DNA of 63,452 nucleotides, the filler included, from Reclinomonas americana ATCC 50394 (taxonomy: Eukaryota): the NCBI GenBank assembly GCA_048213135.1. It is 5 parts of 2 records of this genome, joined end to end, with 100 filler letters (N's around TTAATTAATTAA, not from the genome) between each part and the next. Parts side by side here need not be neighbours in the genome. Positions count along the whole stretch, not along the records: positions 60,227 to 63,452 come from PS015279.1; 4 more parts are not named here. One strand, 5' to 3'. Positions 60,288-63,452 of this stretch are shown piece after piece (within the stretch, counting starts at the first letter, position 1; every line of letters starts with the position of its first letter). The position numbers and the translations under genes are program-made. The notes under the pieces were generated by a model. The model had not been told where the DNA came from. It made no database searches and saw only the letters and a program-made list of their open reading frames with translations.

Positions 60288-63200
60288 ATCATGAGCTGCT
60301 GTTGCTGCATGGCGGACTGCACCGGCGCAGCCTGCGCGGCGACACTGACCACCGGCATGTTGGCGACGACGGGGTTGACCGCAGGAATAGCGGAGGCCGC
60401 TGAAGCATCCTTGTCCTTACTGGCACAGTTGCCCGACGCAGCACCGGCTTCACCCGCAGCACCACCTTCCGCTCCAGCACCATCCTCACCGCCGTTCGCA
60501 CCAGAGCCGTACGCCGCGGGCGTCACTTCGTAGCCTTCGTCGCGCAAGTAGCGCACCAAAATGGCCTTGAACTGCTGTGCCATCTTCTCTGCCGTCTCGC
60601 GATCCTTGATGGCCTTCTCGGCTTCGGAGAGAGCCTTGGACTTGTTCTGGCCGTTGTTGTTGTTGTTATTGTTGTTGTTGTTGCCACCCGACGATGAGTT
60701 GCTTCCACTGCCACTGCCACCGGCCTTGTTGCTTGCGGTGTCGGCCGCCACGGCAGCCATGACCTCCTGCGCGAGCGGGACGCCAGTCACTGCCGTGACT
60801 TGAGGCATGCCGCTGCTGACAGAGGGCATCGAAGTCTCCGTGGTGACCTGTGCATGAAAAGGGAGAATTGTGAGCAACACTGGCAGCAGAGTTGCGACAA
60901 AACACACGCGCGGAACGGCACACAAACCTGCGGCTCAATCGTGGGAATCTGCGAGCTGACCTCGGAGAGCATCAAGATCGGCATGTCGTTCTCCGGGTTG
61001 TCAAAGTCCTCCAAATCCTTGTCCACATCGGCGGTGCTCGACGATGCAGACGAGGTCTCCGCCGCCGCGACCGGGGGAGGAGAGTTGTCAAGCGGAGCAG
61101 CTTGCGAGTCTGCGGCCGCCGGAGCACTTGCTGCTGGCGGCGCCACGCTAGCGTTGTAGTCGGCATCCGGATCGGCGGCCGGCGGGGCGGCAGCCGCTGG
61201 AGGTGGCGGCGGTGAGTACGCTTTCGGCTCCACGGGCTCGCCTGCGGCCTCGTCGGTGTCAATGTCAGGCGTCTCTGGCCGAGCGGCGTAGTTGTACGCC
61301 GGTGGCTGCTGGTACGCTGCCGGCTGTTGCTGCTGCTGAGGGTAGGCGTATTGCGGAGGGTTCGCATACGCGTACGTCGGCTGCTGCTGCTGCTGCTGCT
61401 GTGCAGGCGGGTACGTAGCATACTGCGGCGCCGCAGGTTGCTGCTGTTGCTGTTGCTGTTGCTGCTGCTGAGGTGGGTACGCATAGTACGCTGGCTGCTG
61501 AGGTGCCGCCGGTCGCTGCTGCTGCTGCTGCTGTTGCTGTGGATAGTAGTAGTCGTAGTAGCTGGGAGCCTGAGGAGCGGCCGGGGCCGCGGGCTGTTGC
61601 TGTTGTTGCTGCTGCTGCTGCGGGTACCAGTTGTACGAGCCAGGCGGCCGAGGTGCTGCCGACTCTGGTGGCATGCCCGACATGTCGTAGTAGTCGTCAC
61701 AGTACGCAGGTGGACCGCAGTTTCGATTGCGCGTCAGCGGAATGGGCTCCTCAGGCGGGTACACGTTGGTCGGGTATGCAGCCGGTGAAGCACCCGGAGC
61801 GCCCGGCGCAGCTGATGGCGGTCCAGCCGATGGCGCTGCCGGGGGTGCTGCCGCCGCTGGCGATCCAGGTGGTGGTGGCGGTGGGGGCGGTGGCAGCAGC
61901 TGCTTTGGCGGAGCCACTGGTGCAGCGGCGCCGAGCGTACGTGTGGCGCCCTACGGGGGCGCACAGAAAGAGGAGTGAGATATCTTCTCATGTCGCAATA
62001 ACAAACAAAGANNNNNNNNNNNNNNNNNNNNNNNNNNNNNNNNNNNNNNNNNNNNNNNNNNNNNNNNNNNNNNNNNNNNNNNNNNNNNNNNNNNNNNNNN
62101 NNNNNNNNNNNNNNNNNNNNNNNNNNNNNNNNNNNNNNNNNNNNNNNNNNNNNNNNNNNNNNNNNNNNNNNNNNNNNNNNNNNNNNNNNNNNNNNNNNNN
62201 NNNNNNNNNNNNNNNNNNNNNNNNNNNNNNNNNNNNNNNNNNNNNNNNNNNNNNNNNNNNNNNNNNNNNNNNNNNNNNNNNNNNNNNNNNNNNNNNNNNN
62301 NNNNNNNNNNNNNNNNNNNNNNNNNNNNNNNNNNNNNNNNNNNNNNNNNNNNNNNNNNNNNNNNNNNNNNNNNNNNNNNNNNNNNNNNNNNNNNNNNNNN
62401 NNNNNNNNNNNNNNNNNNNNNNNNNNNNNNNNNNNNNNNNNNNNNNNNNNNNNNNNNNNNNNNNNNNNNNNNNNNNNNNNNNNNNNNNNNNNNNNNNNNN
62501 NNNNNNNNNNNNNNNNNNNNNNNNNNNNNNNNNNNNNNNNNNNNNNNNNNNNNNNNNNNNNNNNNNNNNNNNNNNNNNNNNNNNNNNNNNNNNNNNNNNN
62601 NNNNNNNNNNNNNNNNNNNNNNNNNNNNNNNNNNNNNNNNNNNNNNNNNNNNNNNNNNNNNNNNNNNNNNNNNNNNNNNNNNNNNNNNNNNNNNNNNNNN
62701 NNNNNNNNNNNNNNNNNNNNNNNNNNNNNNNNNNNNNNNNNNNNNNNNNNNNNNNNNNNNNNNNNNNNNNNNNNNNNNNNNNNNNNNNNNNNNNNNNNNN
62801 NNNNNNNNNNNNNNNNNNNNNNNNNNNNNNNNNNNNNNNNCCCGGAACGCAACTGTGGTGGCACTGCCCACAGTGCGCACAGTCACCGACATGAGCGGAC
62901 CGACACCGGCATTGTTGACGCCACCAACTTCGACGGCGTAGTATGCGCCACCGACCAAGTCTGCGTGCCGAGGAATGAGTTCTTCTTCGCAGCACGTTGC
63001 GTGCCTTTTGCTTTTGTGAGCAACAACGCAACTCGAAAACTTGTACTCCCTGGCGTCGGCCGGCACGGCGTACGTGTACAGCGGGAAATCCTTGGGGCTC
63101 ACCGTCGAGCCCTGCTGATTGGTGCCGATCGTGTGCACCTTGCTCACGTCGACACGGCGCAGCGTGACTTGGAAGTGATCGATCGGCGCCGGGTTCGCTT

Positions 63201-63452
63201 GCGCCGTGGTACGCAACGGCGGTCCAAACTCCACAATCACCGAGTCGGCCGTGGTGTCACGCACACGCAGGAACGCTGGCTGCGCAGGCTTGACGGTGCC
63301 CTGACCAAACGTCCACCCATTGGCCAGCGGCGTGCCGGATGTCGTGTCGGGGAAAGCCTCTGCTTCCGCACAAGCATTGAGTACAGAACACACAAAAGGA
63401 CATGACGAGTGAGCAGGCCGCAGCGCACCAACAGCTTGCTCCGCACGAGCCT
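60227..63452 (-). CDS. Fibronectin type III protein with long P/Q/Y/A-rich low-complexity regions (partial, gapped)
   Basis: PAQPAFLRVRDTTADSVIVEFGPP...IDHFQV...REYKFS|NLVGGAYYAVEVGGVNNAGVGP is FN3-like. Same-strand downstream exons have YYPQQQQ..PAAP repeats and poly-N/Q. Confidence 0.6.

Overview
Eukaryotic nuclear DNA from a GC-rich, gene-dense, very intron-rich organism, probably a flagellated protist (taxon not assignable from sequence alone). It is a gapped draft: many N-gaps, four artificial 100-nt N/TTAATTAATTAA linkers and several apparently flipped contigs. By splicing short (mostly ~60-90 nt) GT-AG introns by hand I can support about 19 gene models. These include R2R3-MYB, a divergent RagA/Gtr1, eIF3L, a 7TM-receptor/TKL-kinase fusion, kinesin-13, an SDT1-like HAD nucleotidase, EFL1, a C19orf44/DUF4614-like protein, eIF2-beta, a UPL3/TRIP12-like HECT E3, two near-identical USP fragments, a giant HECTD4/MYCBP2-like protein, an FN3 protein and coiled-coil proteins. 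The most striking signal is in the splice sites. More than 30 introns on both strands begin GTTG(C/A)G, the usual GTG(C/A)GT shifted by one base, and in every case I traced the preceding exon base is not G. Donors after exonic G are instead highly degenerate. This suggests a major, apparently undescribed shifted-register class of 5' splice site. All gene models are manual and not confirmed by transcripts.
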